This document shows, piece after piece, positions 19,943-29,112 of a stretch of 64,000 nt of DNA. The notes under the pieces were generated by a model, which was given only the letters and a program-made list of their open reading frames with translations, was not told where the DNA came from and made no database searches. The translations under genes and the position numbers were made by a program. This DNA is from SAR324 cluster bacterium (GTDB lineage Bacteria > SAR324 > NAC60-12): NCBI GenBank assembly GCA_015231885.1, contig JADGAT010000001.1:27436-91435 (forward strand). The letters are read 5' to 3'. Positions within the stretch are counted from its first letter, which is position 1. Each line of letters starts with the position of its first letter.

Positions 19943-22855
19943 ATGAATATGGGTGTGCTTCATATGACAGCAAAATTCATGCTACGTGCATTCTGTTTGA
20001 TGACCATCTTATGTAGCAGTGCTGGGGTCATGTCAGTTCAAGCAGCAGATGAATATATCATTCAGCAAATTTTAAAATTAGGAAACAAAAAAGCGTATGA
20101 TGCAGTTTTTAGTCCAGACAACCGATTCATAATTACCTTATCCGGAACTCACAAGCTGGAAGTTTGGAATAGCCGAACAGGTAATCCTGTGAAAGCATTT
20201 CCCACCGGAAAACATAAAGCCATGTCGTTGATTTCCCATCCACAGGATTCGGTTTTAATCACTGGGGGTAATGATCATACCATTCATGTATGGGATGTCA
20301 ACCGTGGGAGTACAACTAATGCCATGCGTGGGCATGTGGGAGCAATCACCACATTGGCCATTAATTATGACGGAACCCTGCTGGTTTCGGGAAGTGAGGA
20401 TGGTGCTATTTTGATATGGGATCTGAAACACTTTGCTTTACAAAGTACGATCCAAAAGGCGCATCTCGGCATCGTCCACAGTGTGGACATTCATCCCAAC
20501 GGAAAATTGCTGGCGAGCGGGGGAAAAGATCGCAAAATCAGGATTTGGAACCTGCAAACCGGGAAGATGATCGTTGAGTTCAAGGAGCATGCAGGAGAAG
20601 TAACAAAGGTGGCATTCCACTCGAATGGAAGAATATTAGCTTCGGCCTCTCAAGATAAAACCATCAAATTGTGGAATTGGCAAGAAAAATTTGCAGAACA
20701 TACCCTGAGCAACCATGGCAATGTGGTAACCGGATTGAGCTTTCACGCAAATGGGACGGTTCTGATTTCCAGCAGTGAGGATGAAAGGATCATTCTCTGG
20801 GATATTGAAAAAGGGAAAATGCTTTCCGAATTGAAATCGGTGGATGGCTCCGTCGAAAGTGTTCATTTTGACAGTAGCGGGAAACGAGTTATTGCAGCTA
20901 CAGCAAAAGGATTAGCAGAAGTTTGGGAGTTGGGGCCCTCTTCGTTTCTGGCCTCATTGCAGGGACACCAACGCTTCATTACAGCCCTGGATTTCACAAA
21001 AAATGGCAAGTATTTGCTCTCTGCAGCATTGGATAAAACGATCAAAGTCTGGAGTATGGACCAGCAGCAATTAGCCGTCACGTTCCCATCCGGAAACCAC
21101 CGTGTCCAGGACCTTCGTATGAGTCAGGACAGCCGAAACTTTGCAACCGCAGGTGCCGATTCGCTAGTTGGTATATGGGATACACAATCGGGACAGAGAC
21201 TGGCTTCGTTAGAAAAACATAAAGGAAAAGTCAATAGCATTGATTATCATCCAACACAACCATTTTTAGTGTCTGCTGGATCTGATCGGCAATGGTTTCT
21301 TTGGGATTTGGAGACGAGCCAGGCAACTCAATCCAGCATGACCCATCAAGATCAAATAACCGTAGTGCGGTTCGCTCCTGATGGATCACACTTTGCTACT
21401 GGCAGTGCGGATAAATCTATCATGGTATGGAGTTATCCCCAAGGGCAGCTCGTTCACACATTGACCGGTCATCGTAAAGCAATCAGTGATCTTGCTATTA
21501 GCCCCATTTCACCGATCCTGGCTTCTGCATCTGCTGATGAGACCATTACACTATGGGATATTTCTTCAGAAGGCGGGAAAAAAATACATGATTTGAAAGG
21601 GCATGGCTTTATTGTAACGGGAGTTGCTTTTTCTAAAGACGGCAAAGTTTTGATTTCTGTGTCACGTGATAAAACCGTACGCCTCTGGGATGTGGAAACC
21701 GGAAAGCCGATTAAAATTCTTAGCGGAGAACGCCATCCTATCAGCAAAATGGCCGTACGGCCGGATGGTAAACTGATTGCAGTGGGTACTCTAGGAAATG
21801 AAATCACTTTATTAGGATATCCGCTGGACATCATTGAAGTGAGCAAAAAAAAACAGGGATTGATGACAAAAGGAAACCATGCTTCAAACCAAAATCAGAA
21901 AACTGCGCAAAGGGTTGATATTTCTGATGCTGAAGCTTATATTGTGGATCAATCTGACCTGGAGGAAACTGTCGAAGAGTATGTCGAAGAGCAGATTTAT
22001 CAGGTAACGCAAAAAGAAGACTTTGCCAAGATCCAGGAAACCCGTCAACACAGCCTGAATATTGTGTTGAATAAAGGAGAAGTCTGTGAAAACGCGAACG
22101 ACTTGGAAGAAAAAGCCATTGAGGTATTGCAGATGGCTCCAGGAGACTTATCGGCATACCATGCATTTTTAAAAGTTGCTATCACACGCCAAGATATCAA
22201 TATGATATTTTTGCTGGCAAAAATCAGTTCATACGCATCCTTTGTTCCAAGTCGTTACAACTATGCACTTCCCATTGATGTAGAAAATAACTTCCGCTCC
22301 TGGATAGAAGATATTTTTGAGCAATCTCATATACGACAACAGGATAGTTTCCTGCTTTCACTCAAAAATTGCCTGGGAAAAACAATACAAATGAGGATCC
22401 CAGACATGCTGTATTATTTGGATATTCCAGAAGAATTTATACAAAAAATAATCACCATCCCACGATTTATCGACTTGCGCGATTTTAAAGGTTTAGGAAC
22501 AGAAGAATTTAAAAACCGTTTGTTTGGACAAATTTTGAAAAAACTGGGAAGTTCCACACCATATCAGGATAATCGAAGTCCCTTGGGAAATAATTTTATT
22601 TCCCCACCCGTGCCTTCAGGGCAGCTTGTTGTGAACCTGACACAAACACAACTCTGGGGCAATCCAACGCAGGTTCGCTTCCAGCTCAGAGAAAGAAGCA
22701 ATCCGTGGCAAACGTATTATACGGCAATGGATAAACAGAAAATTCTGTTTCTCCCAACAGGTCAATATTATCTTAAAATTGATAAAAGCATTCGACGTGC
22801 TTTTGTGCTAAAAGCAAATCAGAGCACCCAAATAAAAGGACCTGATTTACAATAG
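19943..22855 (+). CDS. secreted WD40-repeat protein (about 14 blades) with a C-terminal domain of unknown function
   Basis: Signal peptide ending VQA/ADEY. Fourteen WD-type blades, each with a W[DNES] dipeptide at its C-terminal end (LEVWNS, IHVWDV, IRIWNL, IKLWNW, ... VRLWDV). An acidic linker is followed by a ~300 aa C-terminal region with no recognisable motif. An AAGGAGTG RBS precedes the ATG. Confidence 0.8.
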   Translation: MNMGVLHMTAKFMLRAFCLMTILCSSAGVMSVQAADEYIIQQILKLGNKKAYDAVFSPDNRFIITLSGTHKLEVWNSRTGNPVKAFPTGKHKAMSLISHPQDSVLITGGNDHTIHVWDVNRGSTTNAMRGHVGAITTLAINYDGTLLVSGSEDGAILIWDLKHFALQSTIQKAHLGIVHSVDIHPNGKLLASGGKDRKIRIWNLQTGKMIVEFKEHAGEVTKVAFHSNGRILASASQDKTIKLWNWQEKFAEHTLSNHGNVVTGLSFHANGTVLISSSEDERIILWDIEKGKMLSELKSVDGSVESVHFDSSGKRVIAATAKGLAEVWELGPSSFLASLQGHQRFITALDFTKNGKYLLSAALDKTIKVWSMDQQQLAVTFPSGNHRVQDLRMSQDSRNFATAGADSLVGIWDTQSGQRLASLEKHKGKVNSIDYHPTQPFLVSAGSDRQWFLWDLETSQATQSSMTHQDQITVVRFAPDGSHFATGSADKSIMVWSYPQGQLVHTLTGHRKAISDLAISPISPILASASADETITLWDISSEGGKKIHDLKGHGFIVTGVAFSKDGKVLISVSRDKTVRLWDVETGKPIKILSGERHPISKMAVRPDGKLIAVGTLGNEITLLGYPLDIIEVSKKKQGLMTKGNHASNQNQKTAQRVDISDAEAYIVDQSDLEETVEEYVEEQIYQVTQKEDFAKIQETRQHSLNIVLNKGEVCENANDLEEKAIEVLQMAPGDLSAYHAFLKVAITRQDINMIFLLAKISSYASFVPSRYNYALPIDVENNFRSWIEDIFEQSHIRQQDSFLLSLKNCLGKTIQMRIPDMLYYLDIPEEFIQKIITIPRFIDLRDFKGLGTEEFKNRLFGQILKKLGSSTPYQDNRSPLGNNFISPPVPSGQLVVNLTQTQLWGNPTQVRFQLRERSNPWQTYYTAMDKQKILFLPTGQYYLKIDKSIRRAFVLKANQSTQIKGPDLQ

Positions 22856-22886
22856 CAGCAAAGCATACCAACAGAATCGTGTTAAT

Positions 22887-23049
22887 CTAAGGAAGGCGAA
22901 AATAATAACATGTGAAAGTTACGCAAGATTTTCATCGAGGTTCAAGGCGTTTTATCGGGCGCATAGCTTGCTATGTCACTGGTAAAGCAACGCAGAAGAT
23001 CGTTGAAAAGACAAGTAGATTTGCTAAGTTATGTTTGAGCATTCCTAAG
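22887..23049 (+). repeat. MITE-like repeat, copy 3
   Basis: Near-identical to copy 1 with an 8 bp internal variant. Followed by a second copy of the TAAGGAAGGCGAAAATAA left-end sequence, which supplies the metX-like RBS. Confidence 0.85.
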
Positions 23050-23064
23050 GAAGGCGAAAATAAA

Positions 23065-24138
23065 ATGATTGTTGAAAGTAAAAGATTACAACTTTCCCAA
23101 CCTTTCTACACAGAAAATGGGGATGTCATTGAAAAGCCTATAGTTGCTTATGAAGAATATGGTCAAAAAGAAGGCCACGTTGTATTGGCCCTTCATGGAG
23201 GGTTAAACAGTCATCATGTTGCAGGAAAGTATGCTGCTGAGGATCGAAAATCAGGAGAGTGGGATGGTTTGATTGGTCCTGGAAAAGCAATTGATACAAA
23301 CCTCTATCGTGTGATTGCTCCAAATGCTTTGGGCAGTATGTACGGAACGTCCTCGCCGTTAACCCTGAACCCTGATACAAAACAACCCTGGGGTGCGGAT
23401 TTCCCAAATATTACATTTATTGACATGGCTCATTTCCATAAAGTATTTCTGGAAGAAATAGGAGTGTCTAAAGTATTCATGAGTGCAGGCCCTTCGATGG
23501 GTGCACTACAATCCCTTCAATTGGCCGCACTCTATCCAGATTTGATGGACAGTGTCGTGGCAGTAGCATCTTCAGGAAGGATGACTCCTTCGGGAATGTG
23601 CATGCATCACTTTATCATGAATGCCATGCGCATGGACCCTGACTTCAATGAGGGCCGGTATGAAATTGGTACACCAAAATTGGGTTTGCGCTATGTTCAC
23701 CAGGTCATCATGATTTACTATACCCATGAAAGCATCGTCAGGGATTTATGCTGGGACGAAACTTCTCAAGAGAAAAGAAGTGAAAAAGCCCGAAATTTTA
23801 TAACTCCTCATTACATAGAAGAACACCTCCAAACATTAGATCCCAATTGTTTTATCCGGGTTCTCAATGCACTGAATTCTTATGATCTGGCAAAAGGAGC
23901 ATCAAGCTACGAGAAGGGTGTGCAGCGTATTCAATGTCCTGTTTTAATGATGAATGTTGACACCGATCAAGAATTTCCCCCCTACTGGGCCGAAGAAGTC
24001 GCTAATATTTTAAACCAGAAGAATCCAGGTCAAGCAGAGGCTATCACTATTCGTTCCAAGTGGGGGCATGCAGGGTGTCTAAAAGAAATGCAAACCATGG
24101 GGGAACATATCAAAGCCTTTATCAAACGGATTTCTTAA
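23065..24138 (+). CDS. metX: homoserine O-acetyltransferase family alpha/beta hydrolase (MetX-like)
   Basis: LALHGGLNSHH oxyanion region, nucleophile elbow GPSMGALQS, about 358 aa. The start at 23065 is preceded by AAGGAAGG. The longer ORF beginning at 22912 runs through repeat copy 3 and is rejected. Confidence 0.65.
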   Translation: MIVESKRLQLSQPFYTENGDVIEKPIVAYEEYGQKEGHVVLALHGGLNSHHVAGKYAAEDRKSGEWDGLIGPGKAIDTNLYRVIAPNALGSMYGTSSPLTLNPDTKQPWGADFPNITFIDMAHFHKVFLEEIGVSKVFMSAGPSMGALQSLQLAALYPDLMDSVVAVASSGRMTPSGMCMHHFIMNAMRMDPDFNEGRYEIGTPKLGLRYVHQVIMIYYTHESIVRDLCWDETSQEKRSEKARNFITPHYIEEHLQTLDPNCFIRVLNALNSYDLAKGASSYEKGVQRIQCPVLMMNVDTDQEFPPYWAEEVANILNQKNPGQAEAITIRSKWGHAGCLKEMQTMGEHIKAFIKRIS

Positions 24139-24140
24139 AA

Positions 24141-24581
24141 TCACTGACTGAAATCCATGTGATAGAGCATGATATAGACAAGCACTCCTGTTACTGAGAC
24201 AAAAAGCCAAATGGGATAGGCCCATTTTACCATCTTGCGGTGAGACTCTCTCTCTCCGCAAAACGCTTTATAAACAGCAATCAAAATCAGAGGAACCTGT
24301 ACGGCTGCCAAAATAATGTGCGGTATCAAAATGGCAAAATAGATAACACGGATGGTCCCAACCCCCTGAAAAGGAACTGAGCCCACATTGACATGGTAAA
24401 TCGAATAGCCGATCAGGAACAGTGCGGAGAACCCACAGGCAAGCAGCATGTAAAGCTTATGCCTGTCTTCCTGACCGTTTTTAATGGCCAAAAAGCCCAG
24501 CAACAGGAGACATGTTGTGATGCCGTTGAGAATTGCATTAAGAGTGGGTAAATCAGTAGTGCTCATGGACAGATTTAGCAA
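24141..24581 (-). CDS. DUF420-family small membrane protein (often linked to heme-copper oxidase loci)
   Basis: Four predicted TM helices and about 146 aa. Lies adjacent to ctaA on the same strand. Confidence 0.45.
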   Translation of the reverse strand: MLNLSMSTTDLPTLNAILNGITTCLLLLGFLAIKNGQEDRHKLYMLLACGFSALFLIGYSIYHVNVGSVPFQGVGTIRVIYFAILIPHIILAAVQVPLILIAVYKAFCGERESHRKMVKWAYPIWLFVSVTGVLVYIMLYHMDFSQ

Positions 24582-25581
24582 AAGAGTAGCTCAATAAACC
24601 GACAATTGTAGCCGCAATGGCAGTGTGTGCGGTGGATATCGAGGCAGGGATGCGATAAAGCGCATTCAAAATGCCGATGGAGATCTCTCCTAAAATTAAG
24701 ATACAGATCCAGATTCCGATCATGCGATAGGTTTTGTTGGAGTGATTATATAATGTTCGCCAGGATAAAACAAGCATTGTCAGTCCACCAGCAACAGCAA
24801 TCAAACGGTGTGTCATATGGATCCATTCGTTCTGAAATTTTGGCAAAAAAGCACCTTCTGCTACAGCCTCTCCCACATGAAAAGAAAAAACGCTCCCTTC
24901 ATGACATCCAGGAAATGCCGCACATGCATACCCGGAATAAGTACTACTGTTCGCCCCACCTGAAATCAGAATTACAAAAAACAGCAACAGCATTCCGGCT
25001 TGTTGTTTACTTAAATTCGACCATTGACGATTAGGAAGGCTATTCGGATGATGCTCATCATAATACGCTCGATAAGCCAGGAAAATCAACAGGCCAAATA
25101 AGACATTGCCTCCCACCAAATGGAAAACAACGGTTGGCGGAGAAAGCCGCATCAAAACCGTCAATCCACCCAAAATTCCCTGGATACAGACAAGCACGAA
25201 AATCCAGGCAGAAAGAAAACGGTAGTTTTTATACAGGGGTTTGGAATACGATAAAATCAAAAGGATGGTAATAAACAAGCCTAGCAAGGAGGCCACAAAA
25301 CGATGTCCAACTTCCAGCGCAATTTCAAATCCTGCAGGGGGTATAATTTGTCCATGGCATAATGGCCAATCGGGACAAGACATCCCTGCATTTTTCAAAC
25401 GCACATACGTACCAAAAGAGATCAACGGCCATGTCAAAATGGCAGATGCCAGCGTTATCCACCGGAAAAGCGGGTGTCTTTTAATCGAGATATCGCTGCT
25501 AACATCTTTTGTAATCGTTTCTTCTCCTGGAGAAAACTCATCAACTGGTGGAGGATTGCCGGGGGATGGAGATGGAACCAT
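24553..25581 (-). CDS. ctaA: heme A synthase CtaA (COX15 family)
   Basis: Multi-TM protein with the conserved Cys pair in the first loop (MSCPDWPLCHG) and His-containing helices. Confidence 0.75.
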   Translation of the reverse strand: MVPSPSPGNPPPVDEFSPGEETITKDVSSDISIKRHPLFRWITLASAILTWPLISFGTYVRLKNAGMSCPDWPLCHGQIIPPAGFEIALEVGHRFVASLLGLFITILLILSYSKPLYKNYRFLSAWIFVLVCIQGILGGLTVLMRLSPPTVVFHLVGGNVLFGLLIFLAYRAYYDEHHPNSLPNRQWSNLSKQQAGMLLLFFVILISGGANSSTYSGYACAAFPGCHEGSVFSFHVGEAVAEGAFLPKFQNEWIHMTHRLIAVAGGLTMLVLSWRTLYNHSNKTYRMIGIWICILILGEISIGILNALYRIPASISTAHTAIAATIVGLLSYSFAKSVHEHY

Positions 25582-25822
25582 TGTTTTCCGAAAGCTCGTT
25601 TATAGCATGATCGATTTTTTTCTGATGCCGCCTATAAAACCAAACAAATAGGCCGACCATCGTCAAGGGGAGCAAGCTCAAAAATATAGCAGTTGAATAA
25701 TAGGCAACCATGGACCCCTCTTTACCAGTAAAGCACACGGTGCAGGCAAATACTGGTGAAGAGAAGATCAATAATCCCAGGAACGTAATCACCGATTGTA
25801 TCAGCTTTGCGAACAAAATCAC
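25541..25822 (-). CDS. small 2-TM membrane protein of unknown function within the cox cluster
   Basis: 93 aa, two hydrophobic helices and a CTVCF motif. It overlaps the ctaA start by about 40 nt and could be spurious. Confidence 0.3.
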   Translation of the reverse strand: MILFAKLIQSVITFLGLLIFSSPVFACTVCFTGKEGSMVAYYSTAIFLSLLPLTMVGLFVWFYRRHQKKIDHAINELSENNGSISIPRQSSTS

Positions 25823-25823
25823 C

Positions 25824-26417
25824 TCAAATCAAATAAACCAAAACATAAAGGAAAGGCCAGACACCAACAACAAAATACCAAAAAATCTGCATGGAAAGAA
25901 ATTCTGCAGAATCAGGTTTTGTCTTTCTGGCAGGACTCAATCGCCAATAAGCATAGAACAACACCAACAGTGCCAGAACAGCATGAAGGGCATGAGTTCC
26001 AATAATTAAATAGAACAAAGCACCATAGGTACTGGATACCATTGTCAATCCAAACTGGATCAACTGCACCCACTCATATCCCTGGAATGCTACAAAAAAA
26101 ACTCCCAAGGCAATAGAAATACCAACCAATTTTTGAGGAAGAACAGAATTATCTTCCCTGAAAAATGTTTTATGGGCTTTGAGTAAAGCAGCACCACTCA
26201 AAAGTAAAATCACTGTATTGAATGATGTTGCAGCAACAGGCAACCTGGGTTGTCCCCACGGCGGCCATTCCAATGCGCCAGCACGAATAACCAGGTAAGC
26301 ACTGATCAATGAGGCAAAAAACATAATTTCTGTTGCCACAAAAAGCAGCATGGCAATCACCCCGCTGGGAACTACCTGCCTCCTGGGAATAGCGTTCGTG
26401 CCAGTATGAAGTGTCAT
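25824..26417 (-). CDS. heme-copper oxidase subunit III-like protein (second paralog)
   Basis: Five TM helices with the subunit-III conserved pattern (GTHALHAV..., YWHFVV-like). Confidence 0.65.
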   Translation of the reverse strand: MTLHTGTNAIPRRQVVPSGVIAMLLFVATEIMFFASLISAYLVIRAGALEWPPWGQPRLPVAATSFNTVILLLSGAALLKAHKTFFREDNSVLPQKLVGISIALGVFFVAFQGYEWVQLIQFGLTMVSSTYGALFYLIIGTHALHAVLALLVLFYAYWRLSPARKTKPDSAEFLSMQIFWYFVVGVWPFLYVLVYLI

Positions 26418-26428
26418 TAGGCTCCGTA

Positions 26429-26761
26429 TTACAGACGTTGTTCAACACAGGAAGAAGTGGCGATACAATCTTCCCAATTCTTGCCGGTATCAGTCATGAT
26501 ATCGGAGGACAACCCGACAAATAAAACCAAAAGTGCTACCAAGCCTGAAATGAGCATATACCAGACATACCTTTTCTCAATATTCAGGTGCATGAAGTAG
26601 GCAGCCACCATCAATGCTTTGACAATGGCAATACCAAAAGCAGTGATGAGAGTCAATACCGGTATTTCCAGCATTGGCCCTACAACACTAACTACCAACA
26701 GGAACAATAAAATGCCCCAAATTTTTACATAATTGGTGTGACCATGTGATTCTGCAGTCAT
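26429..26761 (-). CDS. cytochrome c oxidase subunit IV (prokaryotic CoxD/CyoD-like)
   Basis: About 110 aa and three TM helices. Sits between two subunit-III genes, as in cox/cyo operons. Confidence 0.5.
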   Translation of the reverse strand: MTAESHGHTNYVKIWGILLFLLVVSVVGPMLEIPVLTLITAFGIAIVKALMVAAYFMHLNIEKRYVWYMLISGLVALLVLFVGLSSDIMTDTGKNWEDCIATSSCVEQRL

Positions 26762-26782
26762 TATGAGTCTCCTGATAAAAGC

Positions 26783-27361
26783 TTATTTAGCAATGTAAAG
26801 TAAAGGAAATAAAAAGATCCAGACAATGTCTACAAAGTGCCAGTAAAGACCAATCAGCTCAACACGCTGCAACTCTTTACCTTTTTTCACATCCATGGAA
26901 ATAATGCCCATGATGACCATACCACCAATGACGTGAAGCGCATGAAGCCCCGTAGCCGTATAGTAGAATGACCAAAATACACTTTTAAAAATAGTATATC
27001 CATGAGAAATTTCCGTGGTATATTCATAGGATTTGACAAGAAGAAACACGAGTCCCATACCAATGGTGTACCAAATGAACTTAAAGGCTTTTTCAGTGTC
27101 CTTTTTTTCTGCTGCGGCATGAGCAAGTACAATAAACAAACTTGAGGTCAACAGCACAAAGGTATTGGTTGCTCCAGCAGCAGTACTGGTGTGCGATGCT
27201 TCATCTCCCCAGGATACGTTATTGAGACGCATGAGTAGATAACAAGTAACCAATCCTCCAAAAATGACTATTTCAGAAGCAATGACCCACCATACTGCCA
27301 GACGACCTGTAGGTATTCCAGTGACTTCCCTGGTGGTTGCTATTGGTTTCGCTAAAGACAT
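26783..27361 (-). CDS. ctaE: cytochrome c oxidase subunit III
   Basis: Subunit-III signatures (ATGLHALHVIGG, YWHFVDIVW). Confidence 0.8.
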   Translation of the reverse strand: MSLAKPIATTREVTGIPTGRLAVWWVIASEIVIFGGLVTCYLLMRLNNVSWGDEASHTSTAAGATNTFVLLTSSLFIVLAHAAAEKKDTEKAFKFIWYTIGMGLVFLLVKSYEYTTEISHGYTIFKSVFWSFYYTATGLHALHVIGGMVIMGIISMDVKKGKELQRVELIGLYWHFVDIVWIFLFPLLYIAK

Positions 27362-27408
27362 ATTCCATTCTCCAGAGTTCGATGTTTTTGAAAAATAAGT
27401 AGCTTTAT

Positions 27409-29112
27409 TTAATTGGGAGCATTCTGAGGCCAGTAGTCTTCGTCACGGCCTGGCACACTGTATTCATAAGGACCGCGATATACCGTGGGCAGTCCATCAG
27501 GAAAATTACCATGAGGTGGTGGAGAAGGAGCCACCCATTCCAAAGTATTGGCCTTCCAAGGATTATTGCCTGCTTCTTCTCCAGATTTCATGCTACGGAA
27601 CCAATTGATTACAAAAGGGATCTGGAAAAGCAGCATAATCACCGTTGCGGTAGTAGCTAATACGCGTAAATTTTGAAATTCTGGGCTCGCTAAATCAGGG
27701 AAATTCAAATAATTATAAATCCTTCGGTGCTGTCCCCCAATCCCAAGAGAGAAAAGAGGCATGAAAATAAAATTGAAAGGAATGATAGTTCCCCAAAAAT
27801 GAATTTTACCAAGCGTTTCGTTCATCATACGGCCAAACATTTTTGGATACCAGTAGTACATCCCTGCAAAACCACCAAGAATCACAATGGGAAACATGGT
27901 GTAATGGAAGTGAGCTACTACAAAAGTATTTTCATGAAAATAAATATCCAGTCCACTGGCACCCAAATAAATTCCAGTCACTCCGCCAACCAGAAATTCT
28001 GCAATCATCCCAATTGCCCACAGCATTGGCAGTTTGAATTCAATCGAGCCTCCGTATAGAGTCGCAATATAAGCAAAAAACGTGACAGCAATAGGAATCG
28101 AAATCAGGATGGTGGTGAAGCTGAAAACAGAAGCCATTCTTGGGTCAATTCCTGCGATAAACTGATGATGTGCCCACACAATCATGCTTAAAATTCCTAC
28201 CATGAATGTTGTATAAACAATCAGCTTGTAACCAAATAATTTTTTTCGAGAAAAAACCGTAATAATTTCTGCAACAATTCCCATTTCCGGCAACAAAATC
28301 ACATATACCTCAGGATGACCAAAGAACCAGAACAGATGCTGGAATAAAACCGGATCTCCTCCTCCAGACGGAATAAAAAAGCTGGTACCCAGCACCTGGT
28401 CAAAAAGCAGCATGACCGCTCCAGCAACCAGTGGGCCAACAGAAAACATGAACAAAACCACTGCGATGATTATCATCCAAATCACAATAGGGATATCCAT
28501 CATTTTCATGCCTGGCGCACGAGAGTTCATCACCGTGGTTACAAAATTGATCCCTCCCAGTAAGAAGGCCACAATCTCCAGTGCCACAGCCAGCAACCAT
28601 ATTGGAGCTCCGAGAGGAGTTAGATTATACTCACCACGAGCAGCAAGCGGAGGGTAAGTTGTCCATGCACCGCCAAATGCACCGCCTGGTACAAAAAAAC
28701 CAGCAAGAAGAAGAATCGTACTGATTAAAAAAATCTGGTACGATAAACGATTCAGCCGGGGAAATACCATGTCATCACAGCCGATCATCAGTGGAATTAA
28801 AAAATTTCCAAAAGCAGCAATCAGCATCGGCATGGCAACCCAGAAAATCATAATGGTGCCATGATTGGTAATCAAAGCGTTGTAATCCCCTGGTGTGACT
28901 AATCCAAAACCAGGCACGGATTCGCCGGGAAATGCCAATTGCATGCGGAAAACATACGCCATGAATCCACCAACGGCAGCCATGAATAAACCGGTAAATA
29001 AGTATTGAAAACCAATCATTTTATGATCGGTTGAAAAAACATATGTGCTCCAAAAATCCTGTTCGTGATGACCATGATGATCATCAACATGAGCAGTTAC
29101 GGTGTCACCCAT
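27409..29112 (-). CDS. ctaD: heme-copper oxidase subunit I
   Basis: 567 aa, 12 TM helices, His ligands (WAHHQF, HFHYTM, GHPEVY), and the canonical D/K-channel-era sequence. Confidence 0.92.
   Translation of the reverse strand: MGDTVTAHVDDHHGHHEQDFWSTYVFSTDHKMIGFQYLFTGLFMAAVGGFMAYVFRMQLAFPGESVPGFGLVTPGDYNALITNHGTIMIFWVAMPMLIAAFGNFLIPLMIGCDDMVFPRLNRLSYQIFLISTILLLAGFFVPGGAFGGAWTTYPPLAARGEYNLTPLGAPIWLLAVALEIVAFLLGGINFVTTVMNSRAPGMKMMDIPIVIWMIIIAVVLFMFSVGPLVAGAVMLLFDQVLGTSFFIPSGGGDPVLFQHLFWFFGHPEVYVILLPEMGIVAEIITVFSRKKLFGYKLIVYTTFMVGILSMIVWAHHQFIAGIDPRMASVFSFTTILISIPIAVTFFAYIATLYGGSIEFKLPMLWAIGMIAEFLVGGVTGIYLGASGLDIYFHENTFVVAHFHYTMFPIVILGGFAGMYYWYPKMFGRMMNETLGKIHFWGTIIPFNFIFMPLFSLGIGGQHRRIYNYLNFPDLASPEFQNLRVLATTATVIMLLFQIPFVINWFRSMKSGEEAGNNPWKANTLEWVAPSPPPHGNFPDGLPTVYRGPYEYSVPGRDEDYWPQNAPN

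Noticed and set aside
22912-23064. N-terminal 51-codon extension of the metX-like ORF (MKVTQDFHRGSRRFIGRIACYVTGK...)
   Set aside because: It runs straight through repeat copy 3. The same pseudo-peptide appears in ORFs 42472-42663 and 47438-47773, which also cross repeat copies. These are repeat-derived translations, not genes.
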